From: Dehalococcoidia bacterium
GTDB taxonomy: Bacteria; Chloroflexota; Dehalococcoidia; Plut-88900
Assembly (NCBI GenBank): GCA_965207225.1
Contig: CBDBLV010000002.1
Location: 256,001 to 320,000, forward strand
Length of the DNA stretch: 64,000 nucleotides
Direction: 5' to 3'
This document shows, piece by piece, positions 31,566 to 43,288 of this stretch. The notes under the pieces were generated by a model. The model did no database searches and was not told the origin of the DNA. It saw only the letters and a program-made list of their open reading frames with translations. A program made the position numbers and the translations under genes. Position 1 is the stretch's first letter. Every line of letters begins with the position of its first letter.

Positions 31566-31606
31566 TCAAAACAGCCTATAATATCGTGAAAGGAACAATT
31601 CAGTAG

Positions 31607-31681
31607 GCCCACATAGCTCAGTGGCAGAGCACGTTCTTGGTAAGAACGGGGTCACCGGTTCAAATCCGGTTGTGGGCTCCA
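31607..31681 (+). tRNA. tRNA-Thr(GGT)
   Basis: Acceptor GCCCACA/TGTGGGC, CGTTC-TTGGTAA-GAACG, encoded CCA. Confidence 0.96.
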
Positions 31682-31700
31682 TTACAGGAGAGTCGAAAGC

Positions 31701-32900
<1,200 letters not shown>

Positions 32901-32938
32901 GGGTCTTTACCAGTCCGGTAGCATCTGTGGATTGAGTT

Positions 32939-33106
32939 ATGGCTAAAGGAAAAGACGTAAGAGTAGTGATACACCTCGCCTGCACCGAGTGCCGGGAGAG
33001 GACATACACCAGCAGCAAGAACCGGAGGAACGACTCGGGGCGGCTGGAGTTTTCCAAGTATTGCCCCCGATGCCGGGGGCACAAGCTTCACCGCGAGACC
33101 CGCTAG
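32939..33106 (+). CDS. rpmG: 50S ribosomal protein L33 (Zn-binding CxxC form)
   Basis: Not in the ORF track; translated by hand as [55 protein letters not shown]. Confidence 0.96.
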   Translation: MAKGKDVRVVIHLACTECRERTYTSSKNRRNDSGRLEFSKYCPRCRGHKLHRETR

Positions 33107-33142
33107 AGACCGGCCAGTCAGAGTGACCGCCAAGAACATCAC

Positions 33143-33376
33143 ATGAGACGATTTACCCTTCCAGCCAGGGCCCGAATGCCCTCTTCGGGGCCGACCCTCG
33201 GGCGCTTCCGCTTCTTCGCAGAAGCCATCGCCGAGCTACGCAAGGTCAACTGGCCTACCAAGGAAGAGACCAAGCGCCTCACCACAATGGTGGTCATCAT
33301 ATCCGTGATCATGGGAGCGTTCCTCGGCCTCGTCGATGAAGCGTTCTCTCTGTTCATGGATCTCCTCCTGTTCTAA
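33143..33376 (+). CDS. secE: Preprotein translocase SecE
   Basis: ELRKVNWPTKEE plus a single TM; lies between rpmG and nusG. Confidence 0.93.
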   Translation: MRRFTLPARARMPSSGPTLGRFRFFAEAIAELRKVNWPTKEETKRLTTMVVIISVIMGAFLGLVDEAFSLFMDLLLF

Positions 33377-33426
33377 CCCGCAATTCTCACCCGAAATCCT
33401 GAAGGACAGCACCAAAGCAAAGGGCA

Positions 33427-33984
33427 ATGACCTCCCAACCGAAAACTGCAAAACTGGAGCACCGCTGGTACGTCGTCCACACCTACGCGGGATACGAGGA
33501 CCGCGTCAAGAACAACCTTGAACACCGCATCGATTCCATGGATGCCAGCGCCGAAATCTTCGAGGTCCTCGTCCCCACCGAAGAGGAGCTGGACATACGA
33601 GAAGGTCAGCGCCGTACCGTGTCCAGGAAGGTCTTTCCCGGATACATCCTGGTGAACATGGCCCTCACCGACAATAGCTGGTACGTCGTGCGGAACACCC
33701 CCGGCGTAACCGGTTTCGTCACGTCGGGAGACCCCCCCCGACCCGTCCCCCTGGAAGACGACGAGGTCAAGGCCATTGTCGTACAGATGGAAGCCGAGGC
33801 CCCGCGGGTCAAGGTCGGGCTGGACAAGGGCGAGAAGATTCGCATAATTGACGGCCCCTTCTCCGACTTCATCGGCACCGTCGACGAACTCTACCCCGAC
33901 AAGGGCAAGATCCGTGTCCTGGTTTCCTTCTTCGGCAGGGACACCGGCGTCGAACTGGACTACCTTCAGGTGGAGAAACTGTAA
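33427..33984 (+). CDS. nusG: Transcription factor NusG
   Basis: WYVVHTYAGYE, FPGYILV, KOW motif GPFSDFIG. Confidence 0.97.
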   Translation: MTSQPKTAKLEHRWYVVHTYAGYEDRVKNNLEHRIDSMDASAEIFEVLVPTEEELDIREGQRRTVSRKVFPGYILVNMALTDNSWYVVRNTPGVTGFVTSGDPPRPVPLEDDEVKAIVVQMEAEAPRVKVGLDKGEKIRIIDGPFSDFIGTVDELYPDKGKIRVLVSFFGRDTGVELDYLQVEKL

Positions 33985-34010
33985 CCCGCTCCCGAATCCG
34001 GACATAGAAA

Positions 34011-34433
34011 ATGCCAAAGAGAATCAAAGCCGTACTGAAACTCCAGATCGAAGCTGGCAAGGCAACCCCTGCGCCGCCCATAGGCCCTGCCCTCGGGCAG
34101 CACGGCGTCAACATCATGGGGTTCTGCAAGGAGTACAACGCCCGGACCTCTGCGCAGGCAGGCACCATAGTCCCGGTGGAGCTAACTGTCTACCAGGACT
34201 CGTCCTTCTCCTTCGTTACCAAGACACCGCCCGCGGCGGTTTTGATCAAGAATGCCGCGGGGGTGGATAAGGGCAGCAGCCTGCCAGGGCAGGAAGTGAT
34301 GGGCAGCGTGCCCCGGGACAAGATACGGGAGATTGCCGAGACCAAGATGAAGGACCTGAACGCCAACGACATCGAAGGCGCAATGCGTATTATCGAAGGC
34401 ACGGCACGCAACATGGGCATCGAGGTGGTCTAA
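34011..34433 (+). CDS. rplK: 50S ribosomal protein L11
   Basis: [26 protein letters not shown]. Confidence 0.98.
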   Translation: MPKRIKAVLKLQIEAGKATPAPPIGPALGQHGVNIMGFCKEYNARTSAQAGTIVPVELTVYQDSSFSFVTKTPPAAVLIKNAAGVDKGSSLPGQEVMGSVPRDKIREIAETKMKDLNANDIEGAMRIIEGTARNMGIEVV

Positions 34434-34468
34434 CCTCCAGGCCCAGGCTCTAAGAAAGAACACACGAA

Positions 34469-35185
34469 ATGGCTAAGAGAGGAAAGAAATACCAGGAAGC
34501 CGCCTCCCTGGTTGACAGGAGCAAGGCCTATTCCCCCGAGGAAGCTATCGACCTAGCCAAGCAGACTGCCAAGGCGAACTACGACGAGACTGTGGAGATC
34601 CACATGCGCATGGGTCTCGACCCCCGTCATGCCGACCAGCAGGTGCGCGGCCTCGCCATGCTCCCAAACGGCACCGGCAAGCAGGTCCGGGTCCTGGTAT
34701 TCGCCCAGGGCGAGGCTGCAACCACCGCGGAGCAGAACGGCGCAGATTACGTCGGGGCGGACGATATCATCAAGCAGATCGAGGGCGGCTGGGTGGAATT
34801 CGACACCGCAATCGCCACCCCCGACATGATGAGCAAGATCGGAAAGCTTGGCCGCATTCTCGGACGACGAGGGCTCATGCCCAACCCACGCTCCGGCACC
34901 GTTGTCCAGCAGCCCGACCTCGCCAAGGCAATATCCGACTCCCGCAAGGGCAAAATCGAGTACCGCCTGGACCGCACGGCTGTGATCCACGCGCCCCTGG
35001 GCAAAGCCAGCTTCGAAAAGGAGCACCTGTTGGAGAACTTGACTACCTTTGTAGACTCCGTGGTGCGGGCCAAGCCCTCAGGGGCCAAGGGCCAGTACAT
35101 CAAGAAGATATCAATGTCCACCACCCACGGGCCCGGAATCAACATGGACGTCCAGGCCGCAATGACCATGAGCGCCAACGACTAG
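34469..35185 (+). CDS. rplA: 50S ribosomal protein L1
   Basis: [24 protein letters not shown]. Confidence 0.98.
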   Translation: MAKRGKKYQEAASLVDRSKAYSPEEAIDLAKQTAKANYDETVEIHMRMGLDPRHADQQVRGLAMLPNGTGKQVRVLVFAQGEAATTAEQNGADYVGADDIIKQIEGGWVEFDTAIATPDMMSKIGKLGRILGRRGLMPNPRSGTVVQQPDLAKAISDSRKGKIEYRLDRTAVIHAPLGKASFEKEHLLENLTTFVDSVVRAKPSGAKGQYIKKISMSTTHGPGINMDVQAAMTMSAND

Positions 35186-35232
35186 CCACACCGGAGAGAA
35201 AAGACCCTCAGAAACCAGGACAACCAAACACT

Positions 35233-35360
35233 GCGCCGGAGACGGCGGGCGGCTCCCCGGAGCCTTAATCCATCAGCCTGCCCAGGTGGTTCCCTGAGTC
35301 CTTCCTTACTGGACTTGGCAATATCCCCTGGGCCCGCGTCCCGGGGGTTTCGCTTTTGTC
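35233..35360 (+). promoter_or_regulatory. L10 leader (ribosomal protein autoregulatory RNA) with attenuator hairpin
   Basis: CCGGAGACGGCGGG...CTTAAT...CCTGCCCAGG resembles the L10_leader core; CCCCTGGG/CCCGGGGG hairpin plus T-rich tail before rplJ. Confidence 0.7.
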
Positions 35361-35390
35361 CCCTCAAATTGAGTTCAAGGCGGTAAATGT

Positions 35391-35924
35391 ATGGCCACAG
35401 AGAAGAAAGAGCAGCAGGTAGAAGAGATAGCAGAACGGTTAGGCCGATGCACCATTGCCATCGCCACCGACTACCGGGGCCTCGCCATGCCCGAGATGAC
35501 GGCCCTGCGCCGGAAACTGCGGGAAGCAGGAATCGAGTATCGGGTAGTGAAGAACAGCCTGGCAAGCATCGCCGCCGAGCAGACCGGCGCCCCGTCCCTC
35601 GTCCAATTCCTTGAAGGCCCTACTGCCATAGCCTTCGGGTACGGCGAGGCCACGGACCCGGCCAAGGTGCTTACCGACCACATACGGCAGGAGCGCAGCA
35701 TCCTCACCGTTAAGGGCGGCGTGATGGGAGACAGGGCCCTCGCCACCGCCGATGTCACCGTCCTCGCTACCCTCCCGTCGAGGCAGGAGCTTATTGCTAA
35801 GACCGCAGGCGCCCTCGTCGGTCCCATTTACGCTCTCCAGTCCGTTTTAAGCGCAAACTTAAGAGGACTCGTTACTGCCCTGAGCGCCCGAGTCGACCAG
35901 ATGCAGGAAGAACCAGCAAGCTAA
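35391..35924 (+). CDS. rplJ: 50S ribosomal protein L10
   Basis: DYRGL, VVKNSL, GPTAIAF, LATLPSR. Confidence 0.96.
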   Translation: MATEKKEQQVEEIAERLGRCTIAIATDYRGLAMPEMTALRRKLREAGIEYRVVKNSLASIAAEQTGAPSLVQFLEGPTAIAFGYGEATDPAKVLTDHIRQERSILTVKGGVMGDRALATADVTVLATLPSRQELIAKTAGALVGPIYALQSVLSANLRGLVTALSARVDQMQEEPAS

Positions 35925-35945
35925 TTCGCCAGAAGGAGATATGAC

Positions 35946-36329
35946 ATGGCGACCAAAGAAGAAGTCCTAGAATCAATCAAAGCCATGACCGTCCTCGAGC
36001 TTTCCGAGCTCGTCAAGGCCATCGAGGATGAGTTCGGCGTGAGCGCCGCTGCACCCGTTGCCGTCGCCGCCGCAGGCGCCGCGCCCGCAGCCGCCGATGC
36101 CCCCGCCGAAGAGGAGAAGACCGAGTTCGACGTCGTCCTCAAAGAGATCGGCCCCAACAAGATCAACGTGATCAAGGCCGTCCGTGAGGTCACCACCCTC
36201 GGCCTTCGCGAAGCCAAGGAGCTCGTCGAAAGCGCTCCCAAGGCCGTCCGCGAAGCCGTAGGCAAGGAAGAGGCCGAGACCATCAAGAAGACCCTCGAAG
36301 GCGCCGGCGCCACCGTCGACCTGGCCTAG
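35946..36329 (+). CDS. rplL: 50S ribosomal protein L7/L12
   Basis: [30 protein letters not shown]. Confidence 0.98.
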   Translation: MATKEEVLESIKAMTVLELSELVKAIEDEFGVSAAAPVAVAAAGAAPAAADAPAEEEKTEFDVVLKEIGPNKINVIKAVREVTTLGLREAKELVESAPKAVREAVGKEEAETIKKTLEGAGATVDLA

Positions 36330-37162
36330 GGAATCAACCTGAAGTCCGACTCCGCACCGCGGAATATCTCCGCCAAGTCGCCTTCTCCCGAGGCCACGAA
36401 CAGCCGGTCATCGATCGAAACGGAGACGTCGCGGAACAGGGTTTCCAGCGAGGCAAAGCCCTCCAGTACGGGCTTTGCCTCGGTAGCCGCCTCCGGTGAT
36501 TCGTGATAGGACACCAAGTCGAAGCTCCCGATTGAACCCCCGCTCCCGGATGCCGAGAAGCCCAGCGCCTGGCATCCGGGGGCTATCATTTCGCACCGTG
36601 CGGTGAACGATAAGTATGCGTCCCCGCTCATCCCGTCCAGCACCGCCCGGGCTGCTTCCGAACGGTCGAGGGTTATGCCCTCTTCCAGCTGTCCTATTAC
36701 CGCCTCGATTGTCCTGAAGTCGTAGCCCAGGGCCATCCGCCCGGGGCCCAGCAGCGCCACATTCCCCGCATCTCCGCTCCAGACCTCCGCGTCCGCTATG
36801 TTACGCACGGCGTGGCCGCTCCGTTCAAGTCGCTCGGCCACCTCCTCAATATCAAAGCTCCCCTCCACCATTAACACCCGACGCCCGTTCACGACAAAGC
36901 TCACCGCACTCCGCACCTCCGAGCTCCCGATCCCCGCGTTCCCCAGGCTCCGGTTCAGCGCCCCCAGCACCTCACCCGCCTCCCCAATGAGCCCCGGGTC
37001 CCCGCGAATTACCTCCAGGTCCACCATCGTCGCGTCAGTGGCAATTTCCGGGACGTCACCTCCAATCGTCAACTTCTCGCCTCCCCCGGCCCCCCCACAC
37101 CCCACCGCCGCGGTCAAGCTCAGGAGCAGGGTTAACACAATAACTGCCAAACTTCTCTTCAT
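36326..37162 (-). CDS. Putative lipoprotein of unknown function
   Basis: MKR plus hydrophobic stretch plus AVGC lipobox. Confidence 0.7.
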   Translation of the reverse strand: MKRSLAVIVLTLLLSLTAAVGCGGAGGGEKLTIGGDVPEIATDATMVDLEVIRGDPGLIGEAGEVLGALNRSLGNAGIGSSEVRSAVSFVVNGRRVLMVEGSFDIEEVAERLERSGHAVRNIADAEVWSGDAGNVALLGPGRMALGYDFRTIEAVIGQLEEGITLDRSEAARAVLDGMSGDAYLSFTARCEMIAPGCQALGFSASGSGGSIGSFDLVSYHESPEAATEAKPVLEGFASLETLFRDVSVSIDDRLFVASGEGDLAEIFRGAESDFRLIP

Positions 37163-37214
37163 GTGTACTGAATCTCTGTGTTCGATGTATCCCTTAGTGT
37201 CTTGACCGAAATCC

Positions 37215-38483
37215 CTATTCCCCGCGGCGCCCTATCCTATCAGCCTCGGTCAACTCGGAAGCCGTTCTCCTGTAAGTCCCCAGGAGCAGAGCGGTAGCCA
37301 CCAGCATCAGCGGGGCGAATGAGCTGATGAATAGTCCAAACCTCAAATCGCTGGTTGCCTCTTCCACAAACCCCACCAGGATCGGCCCCACTGCTCCTCC
37401 CCCCCACAATGCCGCGAACACCGTAGCCGATGCCACGGCAACCTCTCTCTGCGTAATCCCCGGCAGGTTGAATATCTGCGTCATTAGAATCGGGAAGAAG
37501 CTGAACATGACGCCGCCCACAATCCAGAGCAGTACCAGCAGAGGGAACGAGTCCGTAGCGATCAACCCTATGTAGGTCAGGGCCTGTCCCACCCCGCACG
37601 TTAGCAGCACCAGGGTGGTGTGTCTTCCGAAAAAGGGGAAAGCCACCACCCCGAGCTCCGCCGGCGCCATGGCAAAGGTCCCGATCCCCATGAGTATCCC
37701 CGCCGTACGGATGTCTATGCCGTACTCCTCCCCCACGAACCGGGGCCAGAAGCTGTTGAACGCCAGCCGCGCCAGCAGCATCCCGAACATGCCCAGGCAG
37801 ATGAACCACACCTCCCGGTACTTCAGGATGCTGCGAATCGGGGAGCCGTTTGCGCCCTCCTCGCCGCTTCCCGGGGCCTCGGGCCTTCCCCGGTCTTTCC
37901 CCATTGCCATCCACAGCATGGCCGCCGTCATCACTACCCCGGCCCACACGAACATCGTCTCCCGCCACCCCCCGAGCCACCCCAGCATGTAGGGTATCAG
38001 CACGGTCCCGATACCCATCAAAATGTCTACAATCGAGATCGAGAAACCGTTTGCAAGCCCATACCGCCTTCTGGGTATCCACTGGAGAATCAGGATGTTT
38101 CGGGGCGATTGACACGCCTGGAGCACGATTCCCAGCCCTATCCTCGCAAATATCAGCACCCCGAAACCCGGCGCCCCTCCCGCCAGTGCAATCAGCCCCG
38201 AGGCCACCACGAATCCCACTGCCGCCGTCCTCCAGGGCCTGAAACGGGACACCCACCAGTTCATCGGGATGGAGAAAACTACGTTGGCCAGCAACAGCGA
38301 TGACCCCAGCCACCCCTGCTCCGACGGCGATAGCTCAAGATCGTCTATGATGTCGGGGAGGAAAAGGCCCAGAGAGGTGGTAGCCACCAGGACCGTGGCC
38401 AGCCCGATGGTGAAATAGACGAGGACGCTCCATCCACCCTCCCGCGCCTCCATCTGCTCCCGTGCCGCGACCTGGGTGGTCAT
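37215..38483 (-). CDS. MFS transporter
   Basis: About 12 TM segments; ARIGLG, QWIPRRRYGLANG, GGWR. Confidence 0.85.
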   Translation of the reverse strand: MTTQVAAREQMEAREGGWSVLVYFTIGLATVLVATTSLGLFLPDIIDDLELSPSEQGWLGSSLLLANVVFSIPMNWWVSRFRPWRTAAVGFVVASGLIALAGGAPGFGVLIFARIGLGIVLQACQSPRNILILQWIPRRRYGLANGFSISIVDILMGIGTVLIPYMLGWLGGWRETMFVWAGVVMTAAMLWMAMGKDRGRPEAPGSGEEGANGSPIRSILKYREVWFICLGMFGMLLARLAFNSFWPRFVGEEYGIDIRTAGILMGIGTFAMAPAELGVVAFPFFGRHTTLVLLTCGVGQALTYIGLIATDSFPLLVLLWIVGGVMFSFFPILMTQIFNLPGITQREVAVASATVFAALWGGGAVGPILVGFVEEATSDLRFGLFISSFAPLMLVATALLLGTYRRTASELTEADRIGRRGE

Positions 38484-38685
38484 GCCATACCGGGGCTGCC
38501 TGAAGCCGGGCGCCCGATCTCGCCGCGTTTCTCGCCGTTGGAGTGTCGACCTTGAACGGGCCTCGACGGGCTGTTCATCACGCTAATTTAACACAGAGCC
38601 GGTCTTGAGTTCTGTCGACTCCCTTAAACACCCCTGCTAAAATTGCACGACTTATCCGAAAATCAGCGTAAAGGGGCCTGAGCCG

Positions 38686-41133
38686 ATGGAAGACCACGCA
38701 AGAGTTGTCGTTATCGGGGCCGGCATCGCCGGTTGCAGCGTCGTATATCACCTTGCCAAGCTGGGCTGGACGGACGTCGTCGTCCTCGACCAGGGCCCCC
38801 TGCCCGATACCGGCGGGTCCACGTCCCACGCCCCCGCCTTCATCTTCCAGATAAACCCATCCAAGTTCTTCTCGGAGACCGCCAGGTATTCCGTTGAGCT
38901 TTTCAACTCCCTGGAAGTGGACGGGCAGTGCCCCTTCTACAAGGTCGGGGGGTTGGAGGTGGCTTGGACTCCCGAGCGTTTGCAGGAGCTGAAGCGCAAG
39001 GTCGGGTTCGGAAAGTCCTGGGGCCTCGAAGCCGAGGTCATATCCGCCAGGGAAGCCCGGGACCTCTTCCCCATGCTCTCCGACAAGATTCTCGGCGCTA
39101 TGTACAACCCCTCCGACGGCCTGGTTAAAGGCGTCCGCGCCGACGAGGCCATGTCCAACGCCGCCAAGGCCCTGGGGGTCAAGTTCTACGGAGAGACCGA
39201 GGTTACCGACATCCTCACTCACGACGGCCGTGTCGATACCGTGGTAACCACCAAAGGCAACATCAAGGCCGAGCACGTTGTCGCTTGCGCAGGAATATGG
39301 GGCCCCAGGATCGGGCGCATGGTAGGACTGCCCATCCCTTACTACCCCATGCAGCACCCCTTGGTGAAGATCGGACCCCTGCCGGAGCTGGCCGATCACA
39401 AGCGGGAGATCTCCCGCCCCGGGGTCCGGCACCAGGACATGTCCATGTACGCCCGGGAATACTTCGAGTACATGGAGGTCGGAACCTACCAAAACGAGCC
39501 CCTCTTGGTGAACGCCGACGACATAGTCCCCTACGAAATGGCCCGTGTGACTCCCGCCGTCATGCCATTCAGCCTGGAGCTCTTCGCCGACTCCCTTCTC
39601 GCTATCGACGAGCTAATGCCGGGCCTCGCCGACAACCAGCTCTTTGAGCCCATCAACGGCATGTTCTCCTTCACGACGGACGGGATGCCCCTCCTGGGCG
39701 AGGCGCCCAACGTCAAGAACTTCTGGATTGCCCAGGCCGTCTGGGTGGCCCATGCAGGCGGCATAGGCAAGGCCCTGGCCGAGTGGATGGTCTACGGCTC
39801 CCCCGAAATCGACCCCCATGAGGCCGACATCACCCGCTTCCACCCCCACATGGCAGCCGACAACTACGTCAAGACCCGCTCCGCCCAGCAGTATCGGGAG
39901 GTCTACGACATAGTCCATCCCCTTCAGCAGATGGAAGACCCCCGACGCGTGCGTCTCAGCCCCTTCTATCCCAGGCAGGTGGAACTTGGAGCACAGTTCT
40001 TCGAGGTTGCCGGCTGGGAACGACCACAGTGGTACGCCGCCAACGAAAAGCTCCTCGAAGCCGACCCCGCGCCTCCCCGCCAGGGCTGGGAGTCCATGAA
40101 CTGGTCTCCCGTAGTCCACGCGGAGCACAAGGCGGCCCGGGAACGGGTCGTGATGATCGACCAGACCGGGTTCGCCAAGTTCGAAATCCAGGGCGCCGGG
40201 GCCCTGGAAACGCTGAATTACATTGCCAGCAACCAGATGGACCGGCCCGTGGGTCGGGTCACATACACCTCTCTCCTCAACAGCCAGGGAAAGATCAAGT
40301 GCGACCTCACCATCACGCGCCTCGGGCCGGACCGTTTCCTGGTCGTCACCGGCGGCTCCTTCGCACCCCACGATCTCGCCTGGATCAGGTCCCACCTGCC
40401 GGAGGACGGATCCGTATCCCTGACCGACATCTCCTCCCACTACTGCTGCATCGGCCTGTGGGGACCTCGGGCCCGGGAACTAGCACAATCAGTGACCGAC
40501 CATGATCTCTCCAACGAGTCCTTCCCGTACCTCACCGGTCAGCAAGTAATACTGGGGGATGTGCCCTGCCTCGCACTCCGCATCTCCTACGCCGGTGAGC
40601 TCGGATGGGAGGTCTACTGCCCGTCCGAATTCGGACTCCGGCTTTGGGACACCCTCTGGGAAGCGGGCCAGCCTTTTGGCGTAACTGCCATGGGCGCCGC
40701 CGCCTTCGACTCCCTCAGGCTGGAGAAGGGCTACCGGCTGTGGGGCGCAGACATCAGCACAGAATTCAACCCCTACGAGGCGGGCATCGGCTTTGCGGTA
40801 AGGATGAAGAAGGGGAACTTCCTCGGGAGGGATGCTCTCGTCGAATCCCGGGAGGCGGGCCTTTCTCAGAAGCTCTGCTGCATGACTCTTGATGACTCCT
40901 CCAAAGTGATAATGGGCAACGAGCCCATCCTGGTAGGCGGGAACCCCACGGGGTTTGTGACCAGCGCCAACTACGGTTACAGCATCGGGAGAGGGATAGC
41001 TTACGGTTATCTGCCTATCCAGCACGCCGAGGTCGGGACCAAAGTGCAGATCGAGTATTTCGGCGAACGCCTCGACGCCACAGTCTCCCGTGAACCCCTC
41101 TACGATCCCGAGATGGTGAAGCTGAAGAGCTAG
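38686..41133 (+). CDS. GcvT-family FAD-dependent oxidoreductase (dimethylglycine/sarcosine dehydrogenase-like)
   Basis: VIGAGIAG, GSTSHA (flavinylation His), GWERP, SYAGELGWE, DSLRLEKGY. Confidence 0.92.
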   Translation: MEDHARVVVIGAGIAGCSVVYHLAKLGWTDVVVLDQGPLPDTGGSTSHAPAFIFQINPSKFFSETARYSVELFNSLEVDGQCPFYKVGGLEVAWTPERLQELKRKVGFGKSWGLEAEVISAREARDLFPMLSDKILGAMYNPSDGLVKGVRADEAMSNAAKALGVKFYGETEVTDILTHDGRVDTVVTTKGNIKAEHVVACAGIWGPRIGRMVGLPIPYYPMQHPLVKIGPLPELADHKREISRPGVRHQDMSMYAREYFEYMEVGTYQNEPLLVNADDIVPYEMARVTPAVMPFSLELFADSLLAIDELMPGLADNQLFEPINGMFSFTTDGMPLLGEAPNVKNFWIAQAVWVAHAGGIGKALAEWMVYGSPEIDPHEADITRFHPHMAADNYVKTRSAQQYREVYDIVHPLQQMEDPRRVRLSPFYPRQVELGAQFFEVAGWERPQWYAANEKLLEADPAPPRQGWESMNWSPVVHAEHKAARERVVMIDQTGFAKFEIQGAGALETLNYIASNQMDRPVGRVTYTSLLNSQGKIKCDLTITRLGPDRFLVVTGGSFAPHDLAWIRSHLPEDGSVSLTDISSHYCCIGLWGPRARELAQSVTDHDLSNESFPYLTGQQVILGDVPCLALRISYAGELGWEVYCPSEFGLRLWDTLWEAGQPFGVTAMGAAAFDSLRLEKGYRLWGADISTEFNPYEAGIGFAVRMKKGNFLGRDALVESREAGLSQKLCCMTLDDSSKVIMGNEPILVGGNPTGFVTSANYGYSIGRGIAYGYLPIQHAEVGTKVQIEYFGERLDATVSREPLYDPEMVKLKS

Positions 41134-41271
41134 CCTGGCATAATACCGACGGGCCTCTACAACTTCACTATTCTGGATTTAATGGGAATACAGATTGACA
41201 CGTGAAGGTTAGATAGGCATGCTATGGCTACTAAAGGCGTTCCCGTTTGAGCGGGTACCAAAAGCCACAGA

Positions 41272-41991
41272 ATGCCGGAAGACCTGCAACCCCGCTATAC
41301 ACTCCGCATTGCCGAGATGCCCTCGGATGAAAGGCCTCGGGAGCGACTCCGGAATTACGGCGCCCAGAGCCTGAGCCACGCTGAACTCATCGCCATCCTG
41401 CTTCGCACGGGCACCAGCCGGGAAAGCGCCCTCGACATGGCCAGGCGCATAATGACCCAGTACGGCACCTTGCGCGGTCTTGCAGGGGCCACCTTCAGCG
41501 AGTTGACTCAACTGGACGGGGTCGGAGACGCCAAGGCAGCCCAGATAATGGCGGGCCTAGAACTCGGCCTGCGCCTGCGCAACGACCCTCGCCTTGAAAA
41601 ACGTCCTGTCAACAACCCCCAGGACGTTTTCGATCTCCTCGGCGACGAAATGAGTCTCCTCACCCAGGAGCACTTGAAGGTAATCCTACTGGATACAAAA
41701 AACCGCGTCATGGAAGTCCACGAGGTCTATAGGGGCAACGTAAACTCATCCATGATCAGGGCGTCCGAAGTATTCAGGGCTGCGGTAAAGGCCAATGCTG
41801 CTGCAATTCTACTGGCCCATAACCACCCCTCCGGAAACCCGACCCCCAGCGCGCAGGACGCCCACGTCACCGCAGACCTGGTCAAGGCCGGATCGCTCCT
41901 AGGCATAGACGTTCTGGACCACATCATCATAGGCCACCCCTCAGAAAAGGCCTTCGTCAGCCTGAAGGAGCAGGGTATCGGGTTCGGCTAG
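41272..41991 (+). CDS. radC: RadC family JAB domain protein
   Basis: ERPRERL, ELIAILLRTG, AHNHPSG, VLDHIII. Confidence 0.93.
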   Translation: MPEDLQPRYTLRIAEMPSDERPRERLRNYGAQSLSHAELIAILLRTGTSRESALDMARRIMTQYGTLRGLAGATFSELTQLDGVGDAKAAQIMAGLELGLRLRNDPRLEKRPVNNPQDVFDLLGDEMSLLTQEHLKVILLDTKNRVMEVHEVYRGNVNSSMIRASEVFRAAVKANAAAILLAHNHPSGNPTPSAQDAHVTADLVKAGSLLGIDVLDHIIIGHPSEKAFVSLKEQGIGFG

Positions 41992-42009
41992 GGGGCCTGC
42001 GTCCCATCT

Positions 42010-42037
42010 TGACTTAATCCCCCTCGGTGCTATCCTC
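42010..42037 (+). promoter_or_regulatory. Sigma70 promoter
   Basis: TTGACT-N16-TATCCT with extended -10 TG. Confidence 0.5.
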
Positions 42038-42081
42038 CCCTAAGCTTCACGGCACTGCGCTAATGCCCCAAGGAGGGTACT

Positions 42082-43218
42082 ATGCAATACAACATCATCT
42101 CAGCAGACTCCCACGTGGACCTCGGATTCCTGCCATGGGACCTCTTTACCTCCCAGGCCCCGACCCAGTACGCCAACCGCGTCCCGAGAGTCGAAACCCA
42201 TGACGGCATCGACCAGTGGTGGGCGGACGGGGTGTACCTGGAAGACGTCGGCCACTTCTCCAAGGTGGCTACCTACAACCCGGGCATGAAAACCCGGGTC
42301 GACAAGATGGCGGCCACGGGCTTCATCCAGGACGCCGCCGAAGGCCGTTACCACCCCACTGACCCCGACCTCAGGATCAAAGACCAGGATGCAGACGGCG
42401 TAGACGCGGAGGTCATATACGGCATGTTCGCAGTCGCCACCAAACTGAAGGACCAGGAGTTGGTCGCTTCCATCTACCGCACCTACAATGACTGGATCGC
42501 CGACTTCACCAGCAAGCGCCCGGACCGGCTCAGGGGTCTGGCATGCCTGCCCAACCACGATCCCCAAGCCGCCGCCGATGAGGTCCGCAGGATTGCGGCC
42601 AAGGGGTTGGTCGGTGTCGAGTTCGGCGTGGCAACGGCGGTCAAGCCGATGTACTACCGAGACTGGGACGTGCTGTGGGAAGCCGTTGCCGAATGTGGAG
42701 TCTCCATATCCTTCCACACTACGGGCCTGTATCCCCGTCCACCCGAGCCCGGGGACGAGAAGCTCTACGCCCTGACCCATCGAGTTGTTAACATGGTGAC
42801 ATTCCAACTCTCGGGGGCGGAGATCCTGGCCAGCATGGTGCTGTCGGGAGCTTGTGAAAGGAACCCCGACCTGAAGTTCGTGCTCGGGGAGTGCGGCGTT
42901 ACATGGATCCCCTACGTTCTCGACCGGATGGACCACGAGGACGAAGGAGACGTCACCCTCTCAATGATTCCCAGCGACTATTGGAAGCGCCAGGGCTATT
43001 CCACATTCCAGAAGGAAGCCTTTGCCGGCGACATGATCGACTTCATCGGCGAGGACAACGTCATGTGGGGGTCAGACTATCCCCACCCCGACGGCGTCTG
43101 GCCAGACTCCCAGGAGACCATCGAGAACAACCTCAAGGGCCTCAAGGACGAGACCAAGCGGATGAAGATAATCCGGGACACGGCTGCCAAGCTCTACCGC
43201 TTTACCAACGGCAACTAG
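42082..43218 (+). CDS. Amidohydrolase 2 family protein
   Basis: ISADSHV, YNDWIADF, WGSDYPHPD. Confidence 0.88.
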   Translation: MQYNIISADSHVDLGFLPWDLFTSQAPTQYANRVPRVETHDGIDQWWADGVYLEDVGHFSKVATYNPGMKTRVDKMAATGFIQDAAEGRYHPTDPDLRIKDQDADGVDAEVIYGMFAVATKLKDQELVASIYRTYNDWIADFTSKRPDRLRGLACLPNHDPQAAADEVRRIAAKGLVGVEFGVATAVKPMYYRDWDVLWEAVAECGVSISFHTTGLYPRPPEPGDEKLYALTHRVVNMVTFQLSGAEILASMVLSGACERNPDLKFVLGECGVTWIPYVLDRMDHEDEGDVTLSMIPSDYWKRQGYSTFQKEAFAGDMIDFIGEDNVMWGSDYPHPDGVWPDSQETIENNLKGLKDETKRMKIIRDTAAKLYRFTNGN

Positions 43219-43239
43219 ACCTACCTCCTGTGCTACGAA

Positions 43240-43275
43240 GAAGGGCGACCCGGTTGGGTCGCCCTTCCCTCTTTC
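43240..43275. terminator. Terminator between convergent genes
   Basis: GAAGGGCGACCC-GGTT-GGGTCGCCCTTC. Confidence 0.7.
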
Positions 43276-43288
43276 GTGCATTCCCTGG

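Noticed and set aside
38484-38685. Glycine riboswitch before the GcvT-family gene
   Set aside because: No GGAGA...CCGAAG...CTCTCAGG core, and the leader after TGCTAAAAT is short
41272-41991. radC as a mobile-element marker
   Set aside because: Full-length chromosomal type with the N-terminal HhH region; no integrase or att sites nearby
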